25,985 nucleotides of DNA from Nitriliruptoraceae bacterium (GTDB taxonomy: Bacteria > Actinomycetota > Nitriliruptoria > Nitriliruptorales > Nitriliruptoraceae), in contig JBKGZF010000001.1 of NCBI GenBank assembly GCA_046545715.1, positions 1 through 25,985 on the forward strand. The letters run 5' to 3'. Shown piece after piece: positions 17,329 through 25,985 of the stretch. Position numbers and translations under genes: made by a program. How positions within the stretch are numbered: position 1 is the first letter of the stretch; each line of letters opens with the position of its first letter. The notes below the pieces were generated by a model, which worked only from the letters and a program-made list of their open reading frames with translations, was not told where the DNA came from and did no database searches.

Positions 17329-18018
17329 TCAGCGCTTCGCGGTCTGCTCGGGCAGGTCGAGTGTGGCGATCTGGAAGGCGCCGGCACCTGAGACCAGCTG
17401 ACCGACAGCTTCCAGCAGTGGACCGAGGCGGGCAACGCCAGGGAAGCCGCCCGGCGCGTACAACGCAGCCGTGACCTGTAGCCGTCCTCGTTCGGTGAGC
17501 AGCTCACGCAACTCGCCTGGTGTGCGTAGGCACGCCTGTGACCAGGGTGGCTGGCGCAGCTTGCGGTGATGGGCCAAACCCCAGGGGCTGCGCGGGTTCA
17601 GGGTCGCCACGACGATGCGGCCACCGGGTCGGGTGACACGGACGAGCTCGTCTATCACCTGCTCGGCTCGTTCGGCGAACTCGAGCAGCGTCACCGCGAC
17701 GGCCAGATCGAAGCTGTCGTCGGGCAGCGGCAACGCGCCTGCGTCAGCGTGTAGCAGCTGGGCTCCGGTACGTCGACGCGCGAGGCTGAGCATCGCCGGG
17801 TCCGCATCGACACCGGTCACCGTCGCGCCGGCTGCTTCGAAGGCAGCGGTGAACCTGCCGGTCCCACACCCCGCGTCCAGCAGGTCGCGACCGTCGAGTG
17901 GGCCGACCGCGTCCAGCAACGCGTCGCGCTCGACCGCGAACGCGTAGCTACCCCATCGCGTCTCGAACCAGCGGTCGTAGTCGGCTGCCCTCAGCGCCGG
18001 TTCGGGCTGCTCGCTCAT
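17329..18018 (-). CDS. Class I SAM-dependent methyltransferase, 229 aa
   Basis: LLDAGCGTG, VTGVD, DAGALPLPDDSFDL and VTRPGGRIV. Confidence 0.9.
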   Translation of the reverse strand: MSEQPEPALRAADYDRWFETRWGSYAFAVERDALLDAVGPLDGRDLLDAGCGTGRFTAAFEAAGATVTGVDADPAMLSLARRRTGAQLLHADAGALPLPDDSFDLAVAVTLLEFAERAEQVIDELVRVTRPGGRIVVATLNPRSPWGLAHHRKLRQPPWSQACLRTPGELRELLTERGRLQVTAALYAPGGFPGVARLGPLLEAVGQLVSGAGAFQIATLDLPEQTAKR

Positions 18019-18150
18019 CGGGACCTCGACCTGGCGGGTGAAGGTGGAGCGCGCTGATGCGAGGCGTCACGACCTCCCCGCTGGCCCCGACGACGGTACC
18101 CAAGCTGGTCCTCGCGAGCGTGGGGCTGACCCGGCCGCCTCGGTCCTTCG

Positions 18151-18181
18151 GAAGGTTCTTGGAAGGGCGGCCTCGCAACCT
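18151..18181 (+). promoter_or_regulatory. 11-bp-phased direct repeat plus -10 (SARP/OmpR-type site) upstream of the secreted-protein gene
   Basis: GAAGGTT-cttg-GAAGGG (18151-18167), 8 nt, CAACCT (18176-18181). An overlapping palindrome CCTTCGGAAGG lies at 18145-18155. Confidence 0.5.
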
Positions 18182-18220
18182 CTGCCACGTCCGCTACCCG
18201 TCATCGAGAAGGGAACCTCC

Positions 18221-18785
18221 GTGTCGCCGATCCGCACCACGTCAAGCGGCCTGATCCGCCTGCTGGCGGCCCTCGCCGCCCTGCTGCTCGCCACCACCAC
18301 ACTCGCTACACCGGCGTTCGCCCACGATGGGGTCCACGCGTCCGGCGAGCCCGGACAGGCTATCGGCGGGACCGCGCCCGGACTCGGCGCCGAGCTCGCC
18401 GAGGTCCGCGCCGCGACCGCCAGGTACCACGACGTCGAGACGGCGCTAGCCGATGGGTTCGTGCCACCCCCAGATGGGCACTGCGTATACAGCGAGACCG
18501 GCGCGATGGGCTACCACTACGTCAACTTCGGGCGGGTCCCGGCGCCGACCGGCGAGCTCGATCCGACGCAGCCACAGGCCCTGCTCTACGCCCCCCAGCG
18601 GCGATGGTCAGCTGCGGCTGGTCGGCGTGGAGTACCTGCACCCGGCTGGCGGTGAGCTGTTCGGCCAGCCGCTCGCCGACTTCAGCCCACCCTTCGGCCC
18701 GGCCACCGCGCTGCACGTGTGGTTGTGGCAGGCCAACCCGCTCGGCATGTTCGCCCCGTACAACCCCAACGTCAGCTGCGGGTAG
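18221..18785 (+). pseudogene. Secreted protein gene split by a +1 frameshift in a C6 run (187 aa if repaired)
   Basis: Signal peptide ending PAFA-HD. One frame reads ...MGYHYVN..LDPTQPQALLYAP. Removing one C at 18591-18596 continues SGDGQLRLVGVEY...LHVWLWQANPLGMFAPYNPNVSCG to TAG 18785. Could be a sequencing error. Confidence 0.75.
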
Positions 18786-18800
18786 GCGGCTGCGCCGTGT

Positions 18801-18878
18801 GCACGGGTCCCCCACGGGGGGAAGGCGGGGCCCGTGCGGTGCACCGGGCCGCCCCACGATCCTCGGGGCGGCCCGGTG
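18801..18878. terminator. Two tandem GC-rich hairpins after the secreted-protein gene
   Basis: GCACGGGTCCC/GGGGCCCGTGC (18801-18837, one G-U pair) and a perfect 14-bp stem CACCGGGCCGCCCC-N9-GGGGCGGCCCGGTG (18842-18878). Confidence 0.55.
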
Positions 18879-18912
18879 TAGTCTCCCCTCGCCGACGGGA
18901 GACGAGGGCGAG

Positions 18913-20451
18913 GTGGCGCTGCACGACCTGCCGCAGACACGCTTCGCCCCTGCGCGTGGCGCGCGGCTCGCCTACCAGCTGTTCGGCTCCGGCGACCACA
19001 CGGTGGTCGCCATCCCGCCCACCGCGCAGAACATCGAGCTGGCCTGGGAGCAGCCCGCGGTCCGTGCGATGCTGGAGCGCTTCGCCTCCTTCTGCCGCTA
19101 CCTCCACTTCGACAAGCGTGGGACCGGCTGTTCCGACCGCAACGGCCGGATCGCCGACCTCGACGAGCGCGTGGAGGATCTGCGGGCCGTGATGGATCAC
19201 GCCGAGATCGAGCACGCCCACCTGTTCGGCAACTCCGAGGGCGGGCCGATGAGCCTGCTGTTCGCCGCGACCTACCCACAGCGGGTCGACGGCCTCATCC
19301 TGTTCGGCACGGGCGCGACCCTGCTCCCGCCCGACATCACGCCCACCCAGCTCGCTGAGCAGCGCGAGGGCGCCGTGCGCTACGCCGCTCGCTGGGGCAC
19401 CGAGGACTCGCCGGTCGCCGCGGGGATGGCCCCGACCCTCGCGGCCGAGGACCCGGACTTCGCCGCCTGGCACCGACGCTACGAGCGCTACGCGGCCAGC
19501 CAGGACTCGCTGTTGGAGCTGCTGGAGCTGAGCTTCGCAGCGGACGTGCGTGAGCTGGCACCCGCGATCCACCAACCGGCGCTGGTGATCCACCGCACCG
19601 ATGACCGCGTGATCCCCATCGGGCGTGCGCGCGAGCTCGCAGCGGCGCTACCCAACAGCCGGCTCATCGAACAGCCCGGTGTCGATCACTTCTCCTACGC
19701 CGGCGACGTGGACGGGTGGATCGACGAGGTCGAGCGCTTCGTGACCGGGACGGTGCGCTCCGCTCCCGCGCGTTCCGTCGCACGGCCGAACGTTCGAATC
19801 ACCACCCTCGGACGCTTCGCCGTCACGGTCGACGGCCACGAGCTACCGGCAGCCGCGTGGGGCTCGCGCCGTGCTCGTCAGCTGTGCAAGCGCCTCGTCG
19901 CGGCCCGTGGCTGGCCGGTGACCCGGGACGAGCTCTTCGAGCAGCTGTGGCCGGGTGAGACCGACCGCAGCCGTCTCGGTGCGAGGCTCTCGGTCCAGCT
20001 CTCGGGGGTCCGACGCGTGCTGCACGGTGGGGTGATCGCTGACCGCCAGACCGTGCGGCTCGATCTCGAGGAGCTCGAGACCGACCTCGAGGAGCTGTTC
20101 GAGGCTGACGGTGACGCGGCGATCGTCGCGGCCTACCCCGGTGCGTTCCTCCCCGAGGACCGCTACGAGTCCTGGACCGAAGGCGCCAGGGCCGAGGCAC
20201 AGGCACGCTTCGTTCCGAGCGCTCGCCGCGAGGCACACCGGCTGCTCGACGACGGCGAGCTGCAAGGGGCCGTCAAGCTCGCGCTCCGCCTGCGCGAGAT
20301 CGATCGCTACGACGAGGACGCCCACCAGCTGCTGATCTTCGCGCTCGATCGAGCCGGGGCGGCGACGGAGGCAGAGCGTGCCCGCGCGGCCTACCGCGCG
20401 GCGATGGCGGAGCTGCGCATGCCCGACGGGGGGTCACAGCCGGTCGCCTAG
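18913..20451 (+). CDS. Alpha/beta-hydrolase fused to an OmpR-type wHTH and a BTAD/TPR domain (SARP-like), ~512 aa
   Basis: FDKRGTGCSD, GNSEG nucleophile elbow, HRTDD and GVDH. Then ITTLGRFAV..RRARQL...VTRDELFEQLWP...LSGVRRVL, and GAFLPED.YESW...R...DRYDEDAH. SD GAGGG precedes GTG 18913. Confidence 0.85.
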   Translation: MALHDLPQTRFAPARGARLAYQLFGSGDHTVVAIPPTAQNIELAWEQPAVRAMLERFASFCRYLHFDKRGTGCSDRNGRIADLDERVEDLRAVMDHAEIEHAHLFGNSEGGPMSLLFAATYPQRVDGLILFGTGATLLPPDITPTQLAEQREGAVRYAARWGTEDSPVAAGMAPTLAAEDPDFAAWHRRYERYAASQDSLLELLELSFAADVRELAPAIHQPALVIHRTDDRVIPIGRARELAAALPNSRLIEQPGVDHFSYAGDVDGWIDEVERFVTGTVRSAPARSVARPNVRITTLGRFAVTVDGHELPAAAWGSRRARQLCKRLVAARGWPVTRDELFEQLWPGETDRSRLGARLSVQLSGVRRVLHGGVIADRQTVRLDLEELETDLEELFEADGDAAIVAAYPGAFLPEDRYESWTEGARAEAQARFVPSARREAHRLLDDGELQGAVKLALRLREIDRYDEDAHQLLIFALDRAGAATEAERARAAYRAAMAELRMPDGGSQPVA

Positions 20452-20481
20452 CACCGATGTCGCCAGACCCGCGGGCGGTCT

Positions 20482-20511
20482 GAAGGTTGTCCGAAGGGGC
20501 CTGGCGATAGT
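20482..20511 (+). promoter_or_regulatory. Second copy of the direct repeat plus -10; probable leaderless promoter of the cupin gene
   Basis: GAAGGTT-gtcc-GAAGGG (20482-20498), then GATAGT (20506-20511) 7 nt before ATG 20519. No SD. Confidence 0.55.
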
Positions 20512-20518
20512 TCCCGCC

Positions 20519-21028
20519 ATGTCCACCAACACCGCGCCCAACCGAGTCCCCGAGGTCATCGCACCCGGCTCGGGCCACCACCTCCACTTCCTCAACCACC
20601 TCGCGACCGTGAAGGTCCGTGGCGGTGAGGACGCAGCGCTCAGCGTCGTCGAGTTCACCGCACCCCGCGGTCTGGGTCCGCCGCTTCACCAGCACGAGGA
20701 CGAGGATGAGCTGTTCATCGTCCTCCAAGGCGAGGTCGCCTTCCACACCGGCGACCAGCGTCTGGTCACCGGTGCGGGCGGCCTCGCCTTCCTGCCCCAC
20801 GGCATCCCCCACACCTTCCAGGTCCACTCAGCGTCGGCCAGCTTCGTGTGCGTGACCGGCTCCGATGTGCGCTCACCCCGGTTCGACCGGATGGTCACGG
20901 AGCTCGGTGCGCCCACCAGCACAGCCTCCCTGCCCGAGCCCGGTCCGATCGACCCGGGCCGGGTCGCCGAGGTCTGCTTCGAGCACGGCATCCAGGTGCT
21001 CGGACCGCCGCCGAGCCCCTTGGATTGA
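20519..21028 (+). CDS. Cupin-2 protein (quercetin 2,3-dioxygenase-like), ~169 aa
   Basis: Metal-binding motifs PPLHQHEDEDELFIVLQG and FLPHGIPHTF. Confidence 0.85.
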   Translation: MSTNTAPNRVPEVIAPGSGHHLHFLNHLATVKVRGGEDAALSVVEFTAPRGLGPPLHQHEDEDELFIVLQGEVAFHTGDQRLVTGAGGLAFLPHGIPHTFQVHSASASFVCVTGSDVRSPRFDRMVTELGAPTSTASLPEPGPIDPGRVAEVCFEHGIQVLGPPPSPLD

Positions 21029-21103
21029 CCACCTCCGGGATCTCACGTCAGGCTGCGGCAGACCGATGTCCGCGTGGGCCGACAGGCCGTCGCGGGCAAC
21101 GCA

Positions 21104-22603
21104 TCACGCGGGGCCGACCGGCCCGTCGTGGAAGGTGGGTGCCAGCGCCGGATAGAGCCCCTGGTAGCGGCGGTGACCCTCGAGGTAGACCTCCCGGTCG
21201 GGCCCGGGCTCAGCAGCCGGCTGGGTGCGCACGGTGGCGGCGACCGCATCCCCCGCCGTGGCGAACCAGCCCGCACCGACGGCGGCCAGCAGGGAGGCGC
21301 CGAAGGCTGCCCCCTCGCTGGTGTTGACGGTCACGATCTCGGTGTCGAGGACGTCGGCGAGGATCTGGCGCCACACCGGGCTGCGCGCGCCACCGCCCGA
21401 GACACGGATCTCGCTGGGCGCAGGCATGCCCGCGGCGGTCATCAGGTCCATCCCGTCCCGCAGCCCGAAGGCGACCCCTTCGAGGACCGAACGGACCAGG
21501 TGACGACGCTCGTGCTGGACGGTCAGACCCACGAAGGCACCGCGTGCCTGCGGATCGGGGTGGGGGGTGCGCTCGCCGGTGAGGTAGGGCAGGAACAACA
21601 GCCCCTCGCTGCCGGCCGCGGCGTCCCCGGCCTCGGCGCTGAGCTCGGCGAAGTCCACTCCAGGCGCCAACGCATCGCGGAACCAGCGCAGACTGCCGGC
21701 CGCCGAGAGCATCACGCCCATCAGGTGCCAGCGATCCGGCACCGCATGGCAGAACGCATGCACCCGGCCGGCGGGCTCGATGACCGGGGCGTCGGTCGCA
21801 GCGAAGACCACGCCGGAGGTTCCCAACGAGAGCGCCACCACCCCCGGATCGACCGCACCGACGCCCACCCCGGTCGCAGCCTGGTCCCCGCCACCGGCCA
21901 CCACCGGGGTCCCGGCGGCGAGCCCGGTCGCCTCAGCGGCCGAGGACGACACCTCGCCGGTGATCTGTGTGCCCTCGAACGTGGGCGGGAACCAGCTGGG
22001 GTCGAGCTCCAGATCGGCGAACAGCTCCTGCGACCAGTCACGCGCGGCGAGGTCGAACAGCAGCGTGCCGGCACCGTCCGCCTTGTCGAGGGCGTACTCG
22101 CCGGTGAGCGCGTAACGGACGAGATCCTTCGGCAGCAGCACGTGCGCGGTGCGGGTGTAGATCTCCGGCTCGTGCTCGCGGACCCAGAGCAGCTTCGGTG
22201 CGGTGAAGCCGGTCAGCGCGTCGTTGCCGGAGATCTCGATCAGACGACGCGGTCCGACGCGGTGGCGGATCTGGTCACACGCGGCCTGGGTGCGTTGGTC
22301 GTTCCAGAGGATGGCGGGGCGTAGCACCTCGCCGTCGGCGTCGAGCAGCACCAGCCCGTGCATCTGCCCGGTGAGCCCGACCGCCGCGACCGCATCGCCG
22401 CCGATGCCGGCCCCGTCGAGGGCCGAGCGCACGGCCGCCACCGTGCCATCCCACCACAGCGACGGATCCTGCTCACTCCATAGAGGGTGCGGGGTCTGGT
22501 AGTCGTACTCGCTGGTGCCGACGGCCACCACCTCGCCGTCGCCGTCGACCACCACCGCCTTGGTCGCGGTGGTCGAGACGTCGATGCCGATGACGTAGCT
22601 CAC
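21104..22603 (-). CDS. xylB: Xylulokinase (FGGY family), 499 aa
   Basis: IGIDVSTT, GLTGQMHG, ILWNDQR, GGGDQAA, SLGTSG, PYLTGERTP and SGGGARS. Directly downstream of xylA. Confidence 0.93.
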   Translation of the reverse strand: MSYVIGIDVSTTATKAVVVDGDGEVVAVGTSEYDYQTPHPLWSEQDPSLWWDGTVAAVRSALDGAGIGGDAVAAVGLTGQMHGLVLLDADGEVLRPAILWNDQRTQAACDQIRHRVGPRRLIEISGNDALTGFTAPKLLWVREHEPEIYTRTAHVLLPKDLVRYALTGEYALDKADGAGTLLFDLAARDWSQELFADLELDPSWFPPTFEGTQITGEVSSSAAEATGLAAGTPVVAGGGDQAATGVGVGAVDPGVVALSLGTSGVVFAATDAPVIEPAGRVHAFCHAVPDRWHLMGVMLSAAGSLRWFRDALAPGVDFAELSAEAGDAAAGSEGLLFLPYLTGERTPHPDPQARGAFVGLTVQHERRHLVRSVLEGVAFGLRDGMDLMTAAGMPAPSEIRVSGGGARSPVWRQILADVLDTEIVTVNTSEGAAFGASLLAAVGAGWFATAGDAVAATVRTQPAAEPGPDREVYLEGHRRYQGLYPALAPTFHDGPVGPA

Positions 22604-22647
22604 GTCCGGCCTTTCGTTGCTCGTCGCCTCAGATCGCCTCGTCCGCC

Positions 22648-23988
22648 TCAGTCCGTGGCCGCCCGCCAGATGTGGCGGTTGACGCGGTTCTCGAGCAGCT
22701 CCTGCTGCCCCGAGCGGGGGGCTGGGTCGATCCCACCGTCGGCCACTTGGTCGGCCAAGGCGGCCAAGGACGTGCCGCCATCGATGATGGTGCGACCGAG
22801 CTCACCATCCCAGTCCGCGTAGCGATCGGCGCGGGCCCCGGTCAACGTCCCCTGCTCGAGCATCTCCGCCGCGACGAGCAGTGCCTGAGCGAGCGCGTCG
22901 ATCCCACCGATGTGCCCGTGGAAGAGATCGACACGGTCGAGGCTCTGGCGCCGCAGCTTGGTGTCGAAGTTGAACCCACCGGTGGTGAACCCCCCACCAC
23001 GCAGGATCTCGTGGAGCACCAGCGACAGCTCGTCGACCGAGGTGGGGAACTGGTCGGTGTCCCAGCCGTTCTGTGGGTCCCCACGGTTGGCATCGACGCT
23101 GCCGAAGATGCCCTGGTCGACGGCGTAGGTGACCTCGTGGTGGAAGCTGTGGCCGGCCAAGGTCGCGTGGTTCCCCTCGATGTTGACCTTGTACTCCCCC
23201 TCCAGGTCATACCGCTGCAGGAACCCATGGACGGCTGCGCAGTCGAAGTCGTACTGGTGCTTGGTCGGCTCCGCGGGCTTGGGCTCGATCAGCAGCGTCC
23301 CCTCGAAGCCGATGTCGCGCTTGTGCTCGGCGACCAACGTGAGGAACCGAGCGAGCTGTGCCTCCTCACGGGCCATATCGGTGTTGAGCAGGGTCTCGTA
23401 GCCCTCACGGCCGCCCCACAGCACGTAGTTCACACCGCCGAGGCGCTGGGTGGCCTCCATCGCGTGGCGGACCTGGGCGGCTGCGTAGGCGAAGACCTCG
23501 GGGTCGGGGTTGGTGGCCGCGCCCGCGGCGTAGCGGGGGTGACCGAACAGGTTGGCTGTCCCCCACAGCAGTCGCACCCCGGTCTCCTCCATGTGCCGCT
23601 CGGCCTCGGCCACCATGGCCTCGAGGTTGCGGGCGGTCTCGACGAAGGTGTCGCCTGGCGGCGCGATGTCGACGTCGTGGAAGCAGAAGAACGGCACGCC
23701 GAGCTTGCTGAAGAACTCGAAGGCCGCGTCCATCTTGCGGCGCGCTGCGTCCATCGGTTCGACTGCCGGATCGAGCCAAGGGCGGTCGAACGTGCCAGCC
23801 CCGAAGATGTCAGCGCCCGACCACGAGAAGGAGTGCCAGTAGCACACCGCCGGCCGCAGGTGGTCCTCCATCCGCTTGCCGAGCACGAGGCGGTCGGGGT
23901 CGTAGACCTTGAAGGAGAGCGGGTCCTCGTCCGTGAGCCCGCCCTTACGGATCGGCTCAGGGACGTCGGCGAAGAACTGGCCGGACAT
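22648..23988 (-). CDS. xylA: Xylose isomerase, class II, 446 aa
   Basis: [58 protein letters not shown] and NFD.K. Confidence 0.97.
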   Translation of the reverse strand: MSGQFFADVPEPIRKGGLTDEDPLSFKVYDPDRLVLGKRMEDHLRPAVCYWHSFSWSGADIFGAGTFDRPWLDPAVEPMDAARRKMDAAFEFFSKLGVPFFCFHDVDIAPPGDTFVETARNLEAMVAEAERHMEETGVRLLWGTANLFGHPRYAAGAATNPDPEVFAYAAAQVRHAMEATQRLGGVNYVLWGGREGYETLLNTDMAREEAQLARFLTLVAEHKRDIGFEGTLLIEPKPAEPTKHQYDFDCAAVHGFLQRYDLEGEYKVNIEGNHATLAGHSFHHEVTYAVDQGIFGSVDANRGDPQNGWDTDQFPTSVDELSLVLHEILRGGGFTTGGFNFDTKLRRQSLDRVDLFHGHIGGIDALAQALLVAAEMLEQGTLTGARADRYADWDGELGRTIIDGGTSLAALADQVADGGIDPAPRSGQQELLENRVNRHIWRAATD

Positions 23989-24052
23989 CTGCTACACACC
24001 GCCTGTTCGGGCGCCCCTTCGGGCACATGTTCGGGTCGCACCGAGCATACAC

Positions 24053-24076
24053 ATTTTGGTTGTCTACACCTACAAT
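24053..24076. promoter_or_regulatory. AT-rich imperfect palindrome, candidate ROK (XylR) operator
   Basis: ATTTTGGTTGTC|TACACCTACAAT has 8 of 12 positions symmetric and sits just upstream of a minus-strand TATGCT -10 (24049-24044) for xylA. Confidence 0.45.
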
Positions 24077-24123
24077 TGCGCTGCCGGCGTCAGCCCGGTA
24101 CCGCACCACACCGAGGCACACCG

Positions 24124-25371
24124 ATGGCAGACACCGGTCCGGGAACGGCTCCCACCGCCGACGGACGGGGGACCCGAGGCGCTGAGTTGCGCCGTCACAA
24201 CCTCTCTGCGGTGCTGACACAGCTCCACCTGGCGGGACCCAGCTCACGTTCTCAGCTCGCCAGCCACACCGGCCTCAACCGCTCGACGATCGCCGACCTC
24301 GTCGAGGAGCTGATGACCCTCGGCCTCGCCGAGGAGTCCGGTGTCGCCACCGGCCCGGGCCCCGGACGACCATCACCGATCGTGCGGGCCCGTCCGCAGA
24401 GCGCAGCCGTGCTCGCGATCGAGGTGGTGGTCGACTCCTTCGCGATGGCCCTCATCGGTCTCGGAGGCTCCGTGCTCGCCGAGCGGCGCACCAGCCGCTC
24501 GATGCCAGCCGACTCAGCCAGTGACGTGATCGACGAGATCGTCCGCCTGGCCGAGCAGATGCTCTCACAGCACCTCGGCTCAGTGGTGGGCGTCGGCGTC
24601 GCGGTCGCTGGGCTCACCCGTCGCACCGACGGCTACGTCCACCTCGCTCCCAACCTCGGCTGGCGTGACGTGGCCGTCGGCGAGCTCCTGCGCGACACGC
24701 TCGGGGCCCTGGTACCTCCCGGCACGCCGATCCAGGTCGCCAACGAGGCCGACCTCGGCGCGCTGGGGGAACATCGCCGCGGGGCCGGCCGCGGCGCCTC
24801 CGACCTGCTGTTCATCTCCGGTGAGGTGGGGATCGGGGCCGGGATCATCTCGCGGGGCCTCCCGCTGCTGGGAACCGCCGGCTACGCCGGCGAGGCCGGA
24901 CACATGCTGATCGACCCCCTCGGCCACCAGTGCGCCTGCGGGGCACGTGGCTGCTGGGAGGCGGAGGCCGGGGAGCACGCGCTGATGCGCCGGGCCGGCA
25001 TCCCGAGCGGCCTCCACGGCCACGACGCGGTCGGGGAGCTGTTGACCCGTGCCGACCAGGGCGAGGCGAGGGCGCAAGCCGCGCTGGAGGAGACCGGCTG
25101 GCGCTTGGGGCTGGGGACGGGGTCGCTGGTGAACCTGTTCAACCCCGAGCTGGTCGTCTTCGGGGGGCTCTACCATCGTCTGTTGCCGTGGATGGAGGAG
25201 CCGCTCCGAGCGGGGCTCGCATCACACGCACTGCGAGTCGCACGTGAGCTGGTGACCATCGTCCCGAGCGAGCTCAGCGAGGACGCGGTGCTCGTGGGGG
25301 CCGGTGAGCTGGCCTTCGAGGGCCTGCTCACCGACCCCGCCGGTGTCACGCCACCGGCCGTGAGCGCCTGA
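24124..25371 (+). CDS. xylR: ROK-family transcriptional regulator, XylR-like, ~415 aa
   Basis: N-terminal HTH (SRSQLASHTGLNRSTIADLVEEL), NEADLGALGE and GEAGH...CACGARGCWE zinc motif. Divergent from xylAB; the symbol rests on context. Confidence 0.85.
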   Translation: MADTGPGTAPTADGRGTRGAELRRHNLSAVLTQLHLAGPSSRSQLASHTGLNRSTIADLVEELMTLGLAEESGVATGPGPGRPSPIVRARPQSAAVLAIEVVVDSFAMALIGLGGSVLAERRTSRSMPADSASDVIDEIVRLAEQMLSQHLGSVVGVGVAVAGLTRRTDGYVHLAPNLGWRDVAVGELLRDTLGALVPPGTPIQVANEADLGALGEHRRGAGRGASDLLFISGEVGIGAGIISRGLPLLGTAGYAGEAGHMLIDPLGHQCACGARGCWEAEAGEHALMRRAGIPSGLHGHDAVGELLTRADQGEARAQAALEETGWRLGLGTGSLVNLFNPELVVFGGLYHRLLPWMEEPLRAGLASHALRVARELVTIVPSELSEDAVLVGAGELAFEGLLTDPAGVTPPAVSA

Positions 25372-25389
25372 ACGCGCGGATCCGACGGC

Positions 25390-25985
25390 TCAGTCCGCCT
25401 CGTGGATGCTCCGCATCGACCACAGCAGGGTCCGCATCGACCGGGGCTGGCGAAGCACGGTCACCACGGCCTCGGCGACGTCCTCGGGGCGCAGCATCTC
25501 GGCAAGCCCCGGCATGTCCGGGGTGCGACCCGCCCCCATCGCGAACTCGGTGGCCGTCCCGCCCGGGCACAACGTGCTCACGCGGATCTGCTTCTCACGC
25601 AGCTCACGATCCAGCGCTCCAGCCAGCCCGACCTGCGCGAACTTGGTGGCGGCGTAGACCGCCTCATCGTCCGCGCCGCGCAGACCTGCCACGGACGCGA
25701 CGATGACGATGTCGCCCGCCCCCTGCTCGAGGAAGTGGGGCACGGCAGCCCGGATCGGCCACACCGTGCCGGCGATGTTGGTGTCCATCATCTCGCGCAG
25801 GGTGTCGTCATCGAGGTCCATGATCCCCCCGTACGCACCGATGCCGGCGTTGGCCACCAGGGCGTCGAGACGCCCGAAGCGTTCGAGGGCGGTCTCGACG
25901 AGCTGCTTCGCCCCCGCCGGGTCGCGCACGTCCATCTCCACGACCGCGGCTTGATCACCCAGCTCCTCGACGAGCTCCTCGAGGC
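25390..25985 (-). CDS. SDR-family oxidoreductase, 5' end outside the window
   Basis: LVANAG, IVIVAS and YAATK (YxxxK). The frame stays open to the window end (LEELVEELGDQAAVVEMDV). Confidence 0.9.
   Translation of the reverse strand, partial: LEELVEELGDQAAVVEMDVRDPAGAKQLVETALERFGRLDALVANAGIGAYGGIMDLDDDTLREMMDTNIAGTVWPIRAAVPHFLEQGAGDIVIVASVAGLRGADDEAVYAATKFAQVGLAGALDRELREKQIRVSTLCPGGTATEFAMGAGRTPDMPGLAEMLRPEDVAEAVVTVLRQPRSMRTLLWSMRSIHEAD

Noticed and set aside
22672-24123. N-terminal 484 codons of the 899-aa ORF (apparent giant ROK fusion)
   Set aside because: Antisense shadow of xylA. The ROK HTH begins only after ATG 24124.

Overview
High-GC (about 70%, estimated by eye) actinobacterial chromosomal segment with 21 protein genes, one frameshifted and one cut by the window edge. 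I saw no rRNA, tRNA, CRISPR array or transposase. In order: an acyl-CoA synthetase; a coupled two-gene operon encoding a GGDEF diguanylate cyclase fused to an IsdG/MhuD-like ABM domain, followed by a photocobilin-like protein (CarH-type B12 module plus phycobiliprotein-like globin domain); a DASS dicarboxylate exchanger with sdhA/sdhB but no membrane anchor; a P2-type ATPase with atypical ion-site residues; an operon of cupin, internally duplicated protein and ArnR/SufR-like regulator; several small accessory genes, including an orphan zf-HC2 protein; an alpha/beta-hydrolase-wHTH-BTAD regulator flanked by two promoters sharing a direct repeat; xylB-xylA with a divergent ROK regulator; and a partial SDR. 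The best candidate for an undescribed system is the DGC-ABM plus photocobilin-like pair, a possible tetrapyrrole/light-controlled c-di-GMP switch. Two small regulons are also visible in the DNA: DosR/OsdR-like promoters with identical geometry, and SARP-type direct repeats. All family assignments come from manual motif reading, not database searches.
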